In this document: in pieces, positions 1 to 15,099 of the stretch | Numbering within the stretch: position 1 is the first letter of the stretch | How the letters are laid out: every line of letters begins with the position of its first letter | Source: the human T2T-CHM13v2.0 reference genome, Homo sapiens | Length of the DNA stretch: 64,000 bases | Assembly: GCF_009914755.1 (NCBI RefSeq) | Contig: NC_060930.1 | Strand: one strand, 5' to 3' | Position numbers and translations under genes: made by a program | The notes under the pieces: model-generated | Told to the model about the DNA's origin: nothing | Database searches by the model: none | Seen by the model: only the letters and a program-made list of their open reading frames with translations

Positions 1-186
1 TAACCATAAAATGGGCAACCAGCAGCCCTAGGGGCTGCTCTGCCTTTGGAGTAGCCATTCTTTATTCCTTTACTTTCCTAATAAACTTGCTTTCACTTTA
101 CTCTACGGACTTGCCTTACATTCTTTCTTGTGCGAGATCCAAGAACCCTCTCTTGGGGCCTGGATCAGGACCTCTTTCTGGCAACA
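1..186 (+). mobile_element. 3' end of ERV1 LTR, MER41 family (truncated by window edge)
   Basis: Matches remembered MER41 3' end: CAGCAGCCCT..GGGGCTGCTCTG..GGAGTAGCCATTCTTT, AATAAACTTGCTTTCACTTTACTCT, GAGATCCAAGAACCCTCTCTTGGGG, terminal ..GCAACA. Confidence 0.8.
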
Positions 187-1108
187 GAGTCAATATCAAA
201 ACTAAAGCATTCAGAACATTTATGTGCCAAAAAATACAGTGTCAAAATACAGAAGGCAAAAATTTTAGGCAATCAGAAAATAATTAACAAAACCATAACA
301 CAAGTTTCTGCCACTGACGTACCAAAGAAATAATAATCATCTATTGACTTCTGTACTTCAGAATAGTTTCCCAACCTACCAGCACTCTTGTGTCCTTAGA
401 TTTCTTAAGCCTTGCATCATTCATGGAGCTTGAGTTGCTGGAATATTTGGGTTGGCCACCTCCAGCCTTGAGCAGCTTTTTCTGGGACTCTTCAGCAAAC
501 AGCCAGAAGAGAGGGGCCTGAGAGCTTGACCCACAGTCCATGAAACCAATGAATACAATAGCAGTGTCTCTGGTGTAACACAGTGTGCATGATCAAAGAA
601 TGTCCTGCTGCTTGGGCGTCTGATCCAACAGCCACCTGAAGAGTGATCTGCTGCTGCCTGTCATAGACAAAGGCCCATGCAGCTACTAAGGAGTTCATGT
701 AGTGATGCCCAAGCACTAAGTTGTGCAGCTCAAATAGGGGTGGAATGATAGGGTAGATGAGCAAGAATCTGCCCAGGCAGCAGCCCTAAATTTCTGCTAT
801 CACGTATTTTGGATACATCCATGCCTTTGTGGTTGATGTGCCTTCCAAGCCAGCAGCCAGCACCCTGTCTGTTCTAATGATGTACATGTAACCCACAAAT
901 TAGAGCTTTATAGTTATTTAAAAATATTGATATAAAAACTTTAATTACATGTAAACCCATTTTCTTTATCACAATTTATATCAGAATGTATTTGGGAAAT
1001 AAAAGAAAGAACTGTTAATATCATTGAATATAATTTTAACTGTTGTAAAATTTTGAGTGTTTATTTTCAAATTTTTAAATTTATCTGCTTGCATAAACAA
1101 AGGTTAGT

Positions 1109-1235
1109 ACAGCATGGGGGAAACCACCCCCATGATCCAGTTACCTCCACCTGGTTTCTCCCTTGACATGTGGGGTTTATGGGGATTCTAATTCAAGATG
1201 AGATTTGGGTGGGGACAAAAAGCCTAACCATATCA
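1109..1235 (-). mobile_element. THE1/MST (MaLR) LTR fragment
   Basis: GAGATTTGGGTGGGGACA..AACCATATCA is the reverse complement of the THE1 start TGATATGGTT. Confidence 0.85.
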
Positions 1236-1239
1236 CCAC

Positions 1240-2037
1240 CATTAGGCTTTCTTCTCTAAGGTCTAAACAAAAACCAGCCTTTTCAAAGACTCCACACTGA
1301 TAATGTTGACTACTAGCTTATGTTCCCAGGTAGAGAACAAAGACACGATGGGATTAATTATTTCCTCACCCCTCCCTGAGATGTCTGCTTCCTCTATTCC
1401 CATTTTCTTCATGTGTTTGCCTTATCTTATGTATAATGTAGATTTACTGGGCACTAGCTAAAGTCTCACGAGTATATAACCATTCTTCTCACTGTGTCCC
1501 ACCACCCACTCCCACCTTTCTAAGGAAAATATATAAATACTGATATGGTTTGGCTATGTCTCCACCCAAATCTCAACTTGAATTGTATCTCCCAGAATTC
1601 CCATGTGTTTTGGGAAGGAACCAGGTTGAGGTAATTGAATCATGGGGTCAGTGTTTCCCATGCTATTCTTACAATAGTCAGTAAGTCTCATGAGATCTGA
1701 TGGGTTTATCAGGGGTTTCCACTTTTGCTTCTTCCTTATTTTCTCTTGCCACCACCATGTAAGAAGTGCCTTTCACTTCCCACCATGATTCTGACGCCTC
1801 CCCAGACGTGTGGAACTCTAAGTCCAATTAAACCTCTTTTACTCCACAGTCTCGGGTATGTCTTTATTAGCAGCATGAAAACAGACTAATACAAATACTA
1901 AACCTCCTGAGAACTCCTTTGGAACAAATGGCCACAGATCCATCTGTGACTAGTGTTTTTCTGGGTGCATCCTCAAGCAGGCTCAATAAACCTTGATTGA
2001 TTGGGCCACCTGCTGCAATCACTCATTTTGGTTGTCA
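1240..2037 (+). mobile_element. ERV1 LTR of the MER34/MER39 group, split by THE1 insertion
   Basis: TGTAGATTTACTGGGCACTA, AAGGAAAATATATAAATAC|TAAACCTCCTGAGAAC, GGCTCAATAAACC, terminal TTTTGGTTGTCA. Confidence 0.65.
1541..1893 (+). mobile_element. Complete THE1 solo LTR (THE1A-like)
   Basis: TGATATGGTTTGGCT...CAGACTAATACA termini; perfect 5-bp TSD AATAC at 1536-1540 and 1894-1898. Confidence 0.93.
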
Positions 2038-2469
2038 AGGGCTATAAAAAATGAATTTACAGGAAATGATAGGAATGAATTGAAAAATATAAAGAATAGA
2101 AGGGAAGTTCTAGAACTAGAAAATATAATATCTCAAATAAAACATCCATTAGACAGACTTAACAGCACATTAGAGATGGTAGAAGAAAGACTAAGTGAAC
2201 TTGAAGACAGAGCAATACAAATTATCCAACCTCAAGAAGAGAGTACAGGATTAACAACAGTAAAAAATGCAGAGTGCCTCTGAAACCTGTAGGGAAATAT
2301 AAAAACTCTAATATATGTTTAATTAGAGTTCTAGAACAGGTAAGAAAAGGAGAGAGTGAGGAAACAGTTGAAGGAAGATTTACTGAAAAATTTCAAAATT
2401 TGGTCAAAAACATTGACATAGAGATCAAAGAAGCCCAGTGAACCTCACACAATATAACTTACAGATAAA

Positions 2470-2470
<1 letters not shown>

Positions 2471-2505
<35 letters not shown>
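2471..2505. repeat. (AC)n microsatellite, about 17 units
   Basis: Direct read. Confidence 0.97.
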
Positions 2506-2506
<1 letters not shown>

Positions 2507-2622
2507 CCCTACCTTTGCGCATCATAGTCAAACTGGATATGATAAAGGATTAAAAAAAATCTTGAAGGAAGTCAGAAAAAAAAATGACAGTGCACAACAG
2601 GAAGTGACAGAAGAATGATGGT

Positions 2623-2956
2623 TGTATTAGTCTGTTCTCACACTGCTAATAAAGACATACTCAAGACTGGGTAATTTATAAAGAAAAAGAGGTTAATGGA
2701 CTCACAGTTCCACATGGTTGGGGAGTCCTCACAATCAGGGCTGAAGGCAAAGGAGAAGCAGTCACGTCTTACGTGGTGGCAGGCAAGAGAGCTTGTGCAG
2801 GGAAACTACCATTTGTACAACCATCAGATCTTGTGAGACTTATTCATTACCATGAGAACAGTATGGGGGAAACTGCCCCCCCAGCCCTGCTCTTGACACA
2901 TGGGGATTATTACAATTCAAGGTGAGATTTGGGTGGGGACACAGCCAACTATATCA
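2623..2956 (-). mobile_element. THE1 solo LTR (THE1B-like) inserted in L1M ORF1
   Basis: TGTATTAGTCTGTTCTCAC...ACTATATCA termini; near-TSD ATGGT/ATTGT. Confidence 0.9.
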
Positions 2957-3262
2957 ATTGTTTATGTCTATCTCATTAGCCACATAGAGGTCAGAAAACA
3001 ATTTAATGGTTTCTTCAAAATGATTAAAGAAAAAAAAATCTGTCAACACAGAACTCTGTATTCAAAGAAAATATTCATCAAAAATGAATGCAAAGTAAAG
3101 ACTTTTACATATAATGCAAAAGTAGATTTCATTGCCATCAGGCTTTAATTTTAAGAAATGCAAAAAGGAAGTTATTTATCTGAAGGGAAATGACATCAGA
3201 TGGAAACCTGTCTCTAAATAAAGGAATGAAAAGTATTGGAAATGGTAAAACTGTGGGTAAAC

Positions 3263-3522
3263 TTGGGAGGCTGAAGCAGGCAGATTATGAGGTCAAGAGA
3301 TCAAGACAATCCTGGCCAACATGGTGAAACCCCATCTCTACTAAAAATACAAAAATTAGCTGGGCGTGGTGTCACACGCCTGTAGTCCCAGCTACTGCAG
3401 AGACTGAGGCAGGAGAATTGCTTGAACCTGGGAGGTGGAGGTTGCAGCCGGCTGAGATTGCTTGCCACTGCACTCCAGCCTGGTGACAGAGCAAGGCTCT
3501 GTCTAAAAAAAAAAAAAAAAAA
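3263..3522 (+). mobile_element. 5'-truncated Alu (AluSc-like)
   Basis: GAGGTCAAGAGATCAAGAC diagnostic, A-tail, TSD GTGGGTAAAC on both sides. Confidence 0.92.
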
Positions 3523-5145
3523 GTGGGTAAACATAAAAGGCTATAATTTTTTTCTTCTATTATTTTCCTGAAAATGTATATGACTATTTACATAATAAAT
3601 TATAGTACCATATTGTGGGGCATACAATGTATATAGATATAATATATATGAAAACTTGTATATATAATGAGGGTAAAATAGATTACACTTTTGCAAGGCT
3701 TTTACATCTCATATCTCATGTGGAATAGTACAATAGTAATGCTAAGTATATGTAATAAATTAAGAATGTATTTCACAATCCTTACAATACCCTATATTGT
3801 AACTAAATAAATAGTGCAAAGAAATACACTAAAAACCAGTAGAGAAACTAAAAATGAATCTCACAAAATACAGCTATTCAAAAAAGGCAAGAAAAAGGGT
3901 AAGATTTTAAAAACAATGGCATAACTAGAAAAAATACAGAAAAAAATAGTAGACATAAATCCAACTATGTAAGTAATTATATTAAATGAAATTGAAACAC
4001 TCCGATTAAAAGACAGATATTGTAAGTGGATTTAAATTGGAAAAAGACCCAACTCCTTGGCATATATGAGGAGCAATTTAAATGTAGGGCACAGAGAAGT
4101 TGAAAATAAAAGAATGGAAAAATATATACCATAAAAACAGTCAGATAAGAAAGCTAGAGTGGCTATAATAAGATCAGACAAAATAAGCTTTAAGATAAGA
4201 AATATTATCAGCAATAAGGAAAGATTTTAAAATGATAAAACAGTCGATTAGGAAAATGACAACAATCATGGATGAGTAGGTGTCCAATAGCAAACCTTCA
4301 AAATACATGAAGAAAAAACGGACAAAATTAGAGGGTAATAGCCAAATCCACTATCACAGATTTTAGCAACTGTTTCAGCAACTGCTAGAACTTAAAAAGA
4401 AATAAGCAAGGATAGAGAAGATTTAAACATGATTAATTATCATGACCTAATTGACATTTATATAACAAATAATCCAATAACTATAGAACATATCTTTCTT
4501 CTAACTATGTATAGCATATTTACCAAGGACCACATGCTGTGAAGTAAAGCAATCATTAATTCACTCAAAGTTTAAAATCTTGCCAAGTATGTTTTCTGAC
4601 CACATAGAATTAAATTAAAAATCAATAACAATAAAGTATTTATTAAAGCCCCACTTGGTTAACACACTGCTAAATATCCTATGGGTCAAGGCAGAAATCA
4701 GAGGAAACATTATAAAATACTTCAACTGAATGATAATGAAAGTACAACATTATAATATGTGGGATTTAGGTTAAAGCAGTACATAGAGGGAAATTCATAG
4801 CTTTAAGTGCTTATATATATAAATATATACATATATTTTATATATAAATTATATATAATATATATTTATATTTTAATTGATATTTAAATTCAATATTCCT
4901 AGCTATCAACCTCAAAAGATGGAAAAAGACGATCAAATTAAATACAAGATGAGTAAAAGATTATATAAAAAAGAGCAGAAATCAATGAAGTAGAAAACCT
5001 AAAACAATTTTTGAAAATTTAAGAAAGTCAAAAGTGGGTTCTCACTATTTCTATTAAATATTTTACTGGAAGTATTAGGCAGTTGAACACTGCAAGAAAA
5101 AAATAAATGCATAAAGATTAGAATGGAAGAGATAAGTCACTCTTT

Positions 5146-6776
5146 AATAAAAAATTCAACTTTTATTTTAGATGTACACATGCAGGTTTGTTATATGGAT
5201 ATGTTGCATCCAGGTAATCAGCACAGTACCCAATAGTTTTTTTAACCCATGCTTCTCTCTCTACCTCTCCCATCTAGTAGTCCACAGTGTCTGTTGTTCC
5301 CATGTTTATGTCCACGTGTGCTCAATGTTTAGCTTCCACTTATAAGTGAGAAGGTGAGATATTTGGTTTTCTGATTTTGCATTAATTCGCTTAGGATAAT
5401 GGCCTCCAGCTGCATCCATGTTGCTGCAAAGGACATGACTTCATTCTTTTTTATAGGTGCATAGTATTTCATGGTATATATACACCACATTTTCTTTATC
5501 CAATCTGCAATTGATGGGAATCTAGGTTCGTTCCATGTCTTTACTATTATGAATAGTATGACTATAGACATATGAGTGCATGCATGTTTTTGGTATAATT
5601 ATATACCCAGATATGGCATTGCTGGGTTGAATGGTAGCACCTTTTTAAGTTTTTTGTGAAATCTCCAAGCTGCTTTCCACAGTTACTAAACTAATTTATA
5701 TTCCTACCAACAGTGTATAAGCATTCCCTTTCCTCCACAGCCTCATTAGCATCTGTTATTTTTTGACTTTTTAACAATGGCCATGTTGACTGCTGTGAGA
5801 CCGTATCTCACTGTGGTTTTAATTTGCATTTCTCTGATGATTAGTGATGATGAGCATTTTTTCATGTTTGTTGGCCATTTATATGTCCTCTTTTGAGAAG
5901 TGTCTGTATATATCCTTTGCCCATTTTTTTATAGGGGCTATTGGCTTTTTGCCTCTTGGTTTGTTTATATTCATTATATATTCTGAATATTAGACCTTTG
6001 TCAGATGCATAGTTTCTGAATATATTCTCCCATTCTGTAGGTTGTCTGTTTACTCTATTGATAGTTTCTTTTGCTGTGCAGAAGCTCTTTAGTTAAATTA
6101 GGTCCTGCTTGTCGATTGTTTTTATTGTTGCAGTTGCTTTTGGGGACTTAGCCAAAAATTATTTGCCAAGACCAGGGTCAAGAAGGGCATTTCTTAGGTT
6201 TTCTTCTAGGATTTTTACAGTTTGAGGCCTACATTTAAATATTTAATCCATCATGAGCTAATTTTTCTATATGGTAATAAGTCAGGATCCAGTTTCATTC
6301 TTCTGAATATGGCTGGCTAGTTATCCCAACCCATTTATTGAGTAGGAAGTCCTTTCTCTATTGCTTGTTTTCATTGGCTTTGTCAAAGATTAGATGGTTG
6401 TAAGAGTGCAGCTTTATTTCTGAGTTTTCTATTCTCTTCCATTGATGTCTTTTTTGCCAGTACCATGCTGATTACTATATTCTTATAGTTTAAAATCGAG
6501 TACTGCATTGCCTCCAGCTTTGTTCTTTTTGCTTAGGATTGCTTTAGCTGTTGTGGCTCCTTTTTTGTTCCATGTGATTTATAAAATAGATTTTTCTTTT
6601 TCTAATTCTGTGAAGAACAACATTGGTAGTTTATAGAAATAATATTGAGTCTGTAAATTGCTTTGGCCAGTATGGCCATTCTAACATTACTGATTCTTGA
6701 AATCCATATTGCATGGAGTGTTGTGTAGTTCTCCTTGTAGAGATCTTTCACCTGTTCAGTTAGCTGTATTCCTATG
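5146..6776 (-). mobile_element. 3' fragment of L1PA15/16-like LINE-1, antisense inside the older L1M
   Basis: Minus-strand ORF 5329-5571 gives the ORF2p C-terminus (WIKKMWCIYTMKYY..IKKNEVMSFAATWMQLEAIILSEL); L1PA 3' UTR. Confidence 0.9.
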
Positions 6777-7582
6777 TAGTAGATCACTTTTTACTTACAG
6801 AAAACTTGATTATGTACATAGAAAATAGTAAGAAATTCACAATGTAAATATGAAAGTAAATAAGAGATGTTATCAAGGTCACAGAATGTAAAGTCAATAG
6901 AGAAAAATATTTGTCCTTTTATACACTAGGAGTAAACAATAGAAAAGACAACATCTTTTTAAAAATGGCTTTAAAATAACATCAAAATCATAAAATACTC
7001 AGGAATACATTCAACAAAACATGTAAAATGTCTACCCTGAAAACTATAAAACATTGATAAGAAAATGAAAAGACCTAAATAAAGAGCTATACTATGTTAA
7101 ATGGACTGCCAGACTTAAACTTTTTAAGGTGTCAGTTCTCCACAAATTTTTCTACAGAGTCTAAGCAATCACAATCACAATCTCAGAAGGCTTTAGAAAA
7201 AGAATTTGAGAAGGTGATTTGAAAATTTATGTAGAAATGAAAAAGACCTAAGAGTGCCAAAATAATCTTTGAAAAGAGCAAAATTAGAAGACTTACTTTA
7301 CTTGAATTTAAAATTTACTATCATCATCAACACAGTAAGATATAATCAGGATATATGAGTCAGAATAGACTCACAGTTTGACAGAAGAAGATATAGAGCC
7401 CAGAAATAGACTCACATTTGTTCAGTCAATTGGTTTGGACAGCATTTTTAACAAACGGTGCTGAAACAAGTAAATATCCACATGGAAATAAACAAACAAA
7501 CCCTTGATTCCCTGCCACACACACACATAAATCAAGCCGGATCATAGATCAAATCATAAAGGCTAAAACCACAAAGCTACTA

Positions 7583-7945
<363 letters not shown>

Positions 7946-10205
7946 TCAGAATATGAAAATAGTAACAATAGAAGCAGAAGATTAGTAAGTAAGATTTCAT
8001 AAACCTCAAGATTGTTTTCATTGAAGAACAATGTTAAGAATATGAAGAGACAAGCCACAGACTTCCAGAAAATACTCTTAATGCATATGTCTTGTGTAGA
8101 AAATATAGAAAGAACTTCTACAAACAACTCAATGAATTATTGGCAAAAGATTAGAATGAACTTGTCAAAAATGAGGCTATATGAATGGCCAATAGCATTG
8201 GAAAGATTTCTCTACGTCGCTAGTCATCACTGAAATGCAAATTGAAACCACAATAAGATACGACTTTGCATGTATTAGACTGGCTAAAACTAATATGACA
8301 AACACAACCAAAGTTGTTGAGAAGACAGAGCAACTGGAATTCTCATACATAGCTGATGGGTGTGAAAATGACACAACCACCACCACCTTTGAAAATGGTT
8401 TGGCTGTTTTTCATAATGTTATACATACACCTAGCCTATGATACAGCAATTACACTAAAAGATATTTACCCAACATAAACAAATGTGTATGTATATGTGT
8501 ATGTGTGATGTAAAGACTTGAACACAATGTTCATAAAAATGCTTTTCATAATAATCTCACATTGGAAAACTGGAAATAATATATAGATTCATTGATAAGG
8601 GAATGGATTACAAAATTATGGTACAGTCATGAAACAGAATTAAAAAAAGATGAATTATCCTTAATTTTAAAAAAGGATGAACTATCGTTATAACAGCATA
8701 GATGAAATTCACTGACATTGGGCTGTAAAAGAATACATTCTCTATGATTTCATCTATATGATGTTCTAGTATAGGCAAAACTACTCCATGACGGAAAAAA
8801 TTAAAAAGCAGTTGTCATTTGGTGGTGGAGTATTAATTGGTAAGGAGACAGGAAACTTTCTCAGGGGATGGATGTGCTGTTTATCTTCATAGGAGTTCAG
8901 ATCCCAAGGCTGCATGTGCTTATCACAATTCATCGAATTGTACACTTAAGATATGTGCATTTTACTATATGCAAATTTTATGCCACACCAAAAGAAACAG
9001 AACATAAACAATATTGAACTCTATTGAATATGCTTGGGTGATTTTTTTGCAGAATTTGAAGCTAGGAATTCTAATTTATACTCTATGTATTCTATTATTG
9101 AGCAAATAACTAAATCTACTAAGGATAATGGAGACAATTTTCTCAACTGTTGGATAAGGGCATTGTAAATATGGAAAGCATTAAAATGATAATGTAATGT
9201 ATGGTGTTGGATTGGAATTGGAAATGTCAATATTGACTCATTACAGGTAGGATGGATGGTTAGATAGATAGACAGATAGATAGACAGATGATAAGAAAAA
9301 GCTCTTCTTTATAGTGGAAAGCCAACCAATAAATCCATAAGGAGCCACAGAATTAGAAAAACATGAATGCATGATAAAACTGAGTAGTTAAAGTTCATTG
9401 AGGAACAGGACATTTACAAAACTGGAAAGCATCTCCTCAAAATTGCTTCAGAGAGTAGAGATCTATTGGATACTTCCTCAACTTAGTGATTAAAGTTAAT
9501 ATCCCCAGTACTGTGACAAGTCAACATTATATGTTTCTTACATGATGCACTGAGAAGAGCCCAACATCACTTATTTGGTATTCTTGCCAAAAATGCATTA
9601 ACTAAATATAATAATGAAGAAACATCATATAAACCCAGATTGATAGAAATTCTACAAAACAGTTGCCCTGCAATCTTAAACATTGACAAGGTCAAGAAAG
9701 AAAAGGTAAGACTGAAGACCTGTATTCCCAGTCTTTTAGTAGACTGAAACACGACAACTAAATGCAATTCATGATCCTTATGGATTTTGATTCAAGATTT
9801 AAAAAATAGTTATAAAACAGCATTGTGACAAAAGGTAAAATGTAATATACATTGTGGATTAAGTGAGAATATTGTATCAATGTTAAATATCCTGATTTTG
9901 ATCATTGTAAGAGAATGCATAAATATTTCAGAGTGCAAGGGCACAATATCTCCAACTTGCTCCTAAACAGTTCAGAAAAAAAATTATATATGTGTATACA
10001 CATACATGTTCATAAAGAAATGAGGCAAAATGCAATAACTGTTAAGTCTGGTGTAAATGATATATACAGGAGATCTTTGTATAATCCTTGAAGTTTTACC
10101 TAAGTTTAAAATTATCTCAAAATAAAAAACTATCATAAAAATACTAAAATACTTGAAATTAAATATTAAGTACAAAAGCAGAAATGATGAAATTGAATTT
10201 GTACA

Positions 10206-10541
<336 letters not shown>

Positions 10542-10734
10542 TGAAACAACAATATATGCATTTTCCAGAAATATTTTTAAAAGAATAACATCAATATTAT
10601 AAATGAGAAAATAAGCATAAGCATTGATGTAGTAAATTAAAACTTGAATTTTCATACCTAGAAGCAGGGTGGAAGAGGGAAAAGCCTTCTGGGAAGATGA
10701 AACAGTGCTAAGACCTTGTGCTGGGAGGGAGGAT

Positions 10735-11085
10735 GAAGCTCTAGGGGAAAATCCATTTCCTTGCTTTTTCCAGTTCCTAGAGGCTGCTGGTTTTCTGTGG
10801 CTCATGGTCCCTCTCCTTCATCTTCAAAGTCAGCAATGGTGGGCTGAATCCTTATCAAACTGCGTCAATCTGATCTGCTCTTCTGCATAATTTTCTGCAC
10901 ATCAAAGATCCTTGTGATTACATTCAGCCTTCCTGGAGTAGTTAATCTACCTATTTTATAGTCTTCTAATTAGACACCTTAATTCCATCTGCAACTTTAA
11001 TTTCCCCTTTGCCATGGAACATAGTCACAGGTTCCAGATATTAGTATGTGAGTGTCTTTTGAGAACCAATACACTGCCTACCACA
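10735..11085 (-). mobile_element. MLT1 (MLT1D-like) MaLR LTR fragment
   Basis: CTAGGGGAAAATCCATTTCCTTG, CATCTTCAAAGTCAGCAA, CTGCCTACCACA end. Confidence 0.8.
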
Positions 11086-13759
11086 GTGAGTAGAAAGCCA
11101 GGGTGCTCGGAGTACAGAGAGTATGGGAAAGGGTGATAAAGACCACGCTAGAGGGGTAAACACTGGGACTATATTACTACTTACACAACGTCCTCAGTTA
11201 TTACAGACAAGAAGATGTATAGATCCCCTCTCTCCCAACCCTACTTCCCATCCTGTTTCCCACTAAGTACCTGGAAGAATCTAAAGATTCTTCTAAATAT
11301 TCTAAAAAACAAAAGGAAATTTCAAATCATCATCTAAATAGCTGGATATGCAAAAGGGCACTTTTATGTAGGAATGTAGGTTGGAAATACCTAAAATGGG
11401 AGGACTTTTTTTTCTCCTTAGAGAGAAGGAGCAGAAAAGAGTCAAAAGAAGAGAAGAGGGTGGCAAGAAGGGAGTTCTCTTGTTCAAGAAACATGGGAGA
11501 TTTGCTACAGGATCTTTATGAATGAAGATGTCTAACAGTCTGTGTAATGTTTTTCTGCTCCTAAAATTTAAATCTCTAACTTTTGTCAAAGTTTGCTGTG
11601 TATAAGAAGGCTCTTAGCAAATAGATTTGTTGTAGAAATCAGGAACAGTGGCTGCATGCACCTCTGGGAGACACCATTGGAGAGATAAACAAACACTGTA
11701 AGACACAAAGCCAAAAAGGATAACTCAGTAGAGGCAAAAGGTCCAAATGAGAGGTCACTGTGAGATGGCACGAATTCCCTCTCAGAAACACAGAAGTCTA
11801 GGGAGGGCATTCAAGACAAACTTATTCAGATTCGGAGAGCTGCAAATCTCAAGTTGACATCCGGACCATGAGTTTGCCCTCTTTCTCTAAAACTGTGTTT
11901 TTTCAAGGATGCCTGTTTTCAGCAGCATTTCATATACTCTCACCCTTTTTGCAGCCTTTTTGCCTTACCAAGATCCCTTTTCCATAATTTTAATCCAGAA
12001 AAAAATGATAGCTCTTAGAGTACATAGATGTAGGAAAAAAATGAGAGGAAAAGAGAGAACATGTTTGCAACTACAAATCAGAGCTGACGTGGAAAATAGA
12101 GCTTGGGTATCCCGAAATAATTTCACAGGGCAATGTGTGCAGGACAGGATGAAAGTAACCGACATTGAGTTTGGCCAATTTAAGGACTTTCCAATTACTT
12201 TGAAAGCCATTGACTGAATTTTCTATTCTGAAATAGTCACGTAGTGTTCAATTGCTCTGTTCAGGACAGAGACGTACAAAGCAATCAGTAGTTTAGTTTC
12301 TAGAACTGTTAGCCAAATTGAAATCACTTCAGTGTCTGACACCTCGTTTTTCCTGAAGTTTGGAAATGAGATGTAGTGAGAGGAGACGAGTCTCCAAGTT
12401 AGAGAGAGTTCACAGCTCTGGAGGGAGTGAATAGAAGCCAACCACACCCACCCCAAAAAGGAAATGCTTTTCAACACCTACGTACTTTTTAAAGTTGCAT
12501 TTTGTGTGTTATTTTAAACAAAAACAGCTTGACACACTCTGTAGTGTCATGCACTAGAGCTGCTTTTCCTACATTTTATTTTCTGATTTTCCAGGATTTA
12601 ATTTTTCCCTTCCATTTCTGACTTTATTTATCTTGAGTTAGAACAGTTGCTCCCCTCAATAAAAGTGCCAGAAGGAAGGCTCTCCAGCATTTCAATGGTC
12701 TCCAGCAAAATGGCCAGAGGAATAGTCAAGACTTTCTACTTTGCTTCTAATTCAATAGGGACTTCTATCATGAACACTCAAGTGCTTATTCTATAGCCTC
12801 GGAGTTGAAATATTACATAAAATGCTGTTGAAGATCCCCTTTTAAAGTTATATGGAAACATGGGTTAATTATCAAAAAGAAGGATTATGAACTGAAGTGA
12901 GTATTCATGTAATGAACTGGTACATCCATAAGTAAGCCAGAGTTTTAAAAATGGGACGAGTGGCCAATTCTGTTGCCTGTAAAATCACTTTTGAAGACAT
13001 TATTTATATGCAGCTTTTACTAACATCTCTGTTAGTAGAAGCTGTGATGTGTAAAATTCCTACTCCCATTGAGAACAATGGGATTTGATCTGGACCACAC
13101 GACAAACAAATGATTCTCTATGAGATATTTGTTTATGCTAACAGGTCCTTGGCTGCTCCCACTTAAGAAATCAACATATTATGCACAGAAATAAATTTAT
13201 CGCAGGTTCACAATTCTCATTTCAAGAGTTTCTTGTTTTTAATTCACAAGTTCCACCAATCCTTACTAAAGACTTGCAATATTTGTTTTGTAAAATAAGA
13301 AACAAGATCAAACAATATTGTTTAAAATGGTCAATATGTCCTCCAGTGTTGAAATCAGGATTTAGAGTTTCTGTTTCTATGTAACCTATGCTATTGCCTG
13401 ATTCTTAGCTACGTTTTATGAGTACAGATTTGGAAACAACTTGGCCCTAATTCTCCCCTCCCCACCCTCAAGCTTTCTTTCTTCCTGCCCCAAAATTTTG
13501 ATTTAAATGGTGGCAACAGATGATCCATAATGGTTGATACTTGTAGGATGACCAGTATTGTGAGGAAAAAAGCAACATTAGGATAAAATAAGAATGAGAA
13601 CTGAATGAGACTGAAAGAGAACCTCAGAGATGCTTACATAAATCACATAGGTGATTGCCGACTGAGAGAGATAACTCTTTTTATAAAGGAATAGATGGAA
13701 ATAAACACGCTTAAGGCCCACAATGTTCTCTTATTTAATTTTCAAAAAATTATAACTTT

Positions 13760-14313
<554 letters not shown>

Positions 14314-14342
14314 ATATATATATATATGTATGTGTGTATTTT

Positions 14343-14393
<51 letters not shown>

Positions 14394-14460
14394 ACACACA
14401 TATATATAATATATATATACACACACATATATATATACATATATATACACACATATATAC

Positions 14461-14501
<41 letters not shown>
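14314..14501. repeat. Compound (TA)n/(CA)n/(TG)n microsatellite at Alu tail
   Basis: Direct read. Confidence 0.97.
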
Positions 14502-14502
<1 letters not shown>

Positions 14503-15099
14503 TCATGTTTATGGATAAGAAAACCAGGGCCAGAGAGGTTGGGTTATTGTTTAAAGCAAAACAACAAAAATGAGTGACGGCATCCATATTAAACCCACAG
14601 CCATCTGGCTTCAGCATCTATCTTCTTTGATGAGAAACATGGAGAAGTGACATATTTATGGATTCACAGGGGCAAAGGGAAGCAGAATTTAAGATAGAGA
14701 TTGAGAATGAAAAGAGAGAGGAGGAGGCTCTGTCAGAATTTCCAGTGTTTCCAAATTAGAGAAAAGATACAGTTAAGAATCTGAGCACAGAGGCCAAGAG
14801 AAAAATGTCAAGTTGGGTTTCAGAGGGCCATGAGGATAACTGATAAGAACTTGTTTGTTTGAAATTTAAGGGTCATCCCACAACTGTGCTCTGGTTCCCA
14901 ATGCTTTCTCCTTTGTAGATTTCTAACTCCCCACCTCTTATTCTTTTCTATAACTTCATCCTCTCCATCTCTAGAGACTCCTTTACATCATCCTTGAAAT
15001 ATATCCATGTATATTTTCACAACAAACATCTTCATCTTTGTCCTACAGCAGCTGTGGCTCTATTTCTCATGTGCTTCTTTTCAAGCAAACTTCTTGAAT

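Noticed and set aside
1-186. Calling the MER41 an interferon-inducible enhancer
   Set aside because: The STAT1 GAS-bearing 5' part lies outside the window and cannot be assessed
12897-13144. GTGAGT donor and GCTAACAG acceptor pair suggesting a short intron
   Set aside because: Weak pyrimidine tract and no ORF continuity; such motifs are common by chance
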